Positions 63,657 through 64,000 of a stretch of 64,000 nt of DNA are shown here, piece after piece. Source of the stretch: Ophelia neglecta (lineage: Eukaryota); NCBI GenBank assembly GCA_965285935.1, contig OZ260662.1, positions 87,854,001 through 87,918,000 on the forward strand, given 5' to 3'. A program made the translations under genes and the position numbers. The notes under the pieces are model-generated. The model saw only the letters and a program-made list of their open reading frames with translations, did no database searches and was not told the DNA's origin. Position 1 is the first letter of the stretch. The number at the start of each line of letters is the position of its first letter.

Positions 63657-64000
63657 CTGAAAGTTGATTACATTTATAATATTCATTTTGAGTGAATTTC
63701 TAGAAGAATGATTCCCAGAAAAAAATTCCTTTGGCTATAGGGCCTATATGCTCACCTATAAAAGCCATGCTATGTGATATAGACATTAACAACTGCAGGG
63801 GTGGGTTAGTATCATGCGCCAGCCCACAAACCGATTGTAAGCAATGGTGGGGTGGACATGTGGATACCTTAGAATTACGCATAGCTTTAATCCGATGCTA
63901 GGTTGCCTATAAAGACATGCATTTTTTATGCCAATTACCAAACCCGTTCATTCAATAATGATTTTCCCGAGGCTAGGATGGATGCCATATTACTATTTAC

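Overview
Eukaryotic, AT-rich, spliced-gene DNA, most consistent with a marine invertebrate; no prokaryotic features. Host genes: a 10-coding-exon (6-4) photolyase (+, 15915-22102), a single-coding-exon chitin-deacetylase-like protein lacking catalytic residues (-, 41012-42184), and the 3' part of a multi-vWA/EGF matrix gene (-, 51438 to beyond 63656). The most striking structure is at 1.9-12.9 kb. A Ty3/Gypsy element (intact pol, 5'-truncated gag, -1 frameshift site) has its second LTR INVERTED and diverged. That LTR is fused tail-to-tail to a 424-bp TRIM whose LTRs carry a tRNA-like Pol III promoter (Helenus-like). The whole 8.4-kb composite is flanked by an apparently identical 1.32-kb duplication of host DNA, which looks like a giant target-site duplication. 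Also present: a Tx1/L1-type LINE with a 3' transduction and 16-bp TSD, decayed LINEs, MITEs, a fold-back element and minisatellites. All coordinates were read by eye and may be off by a few bases.
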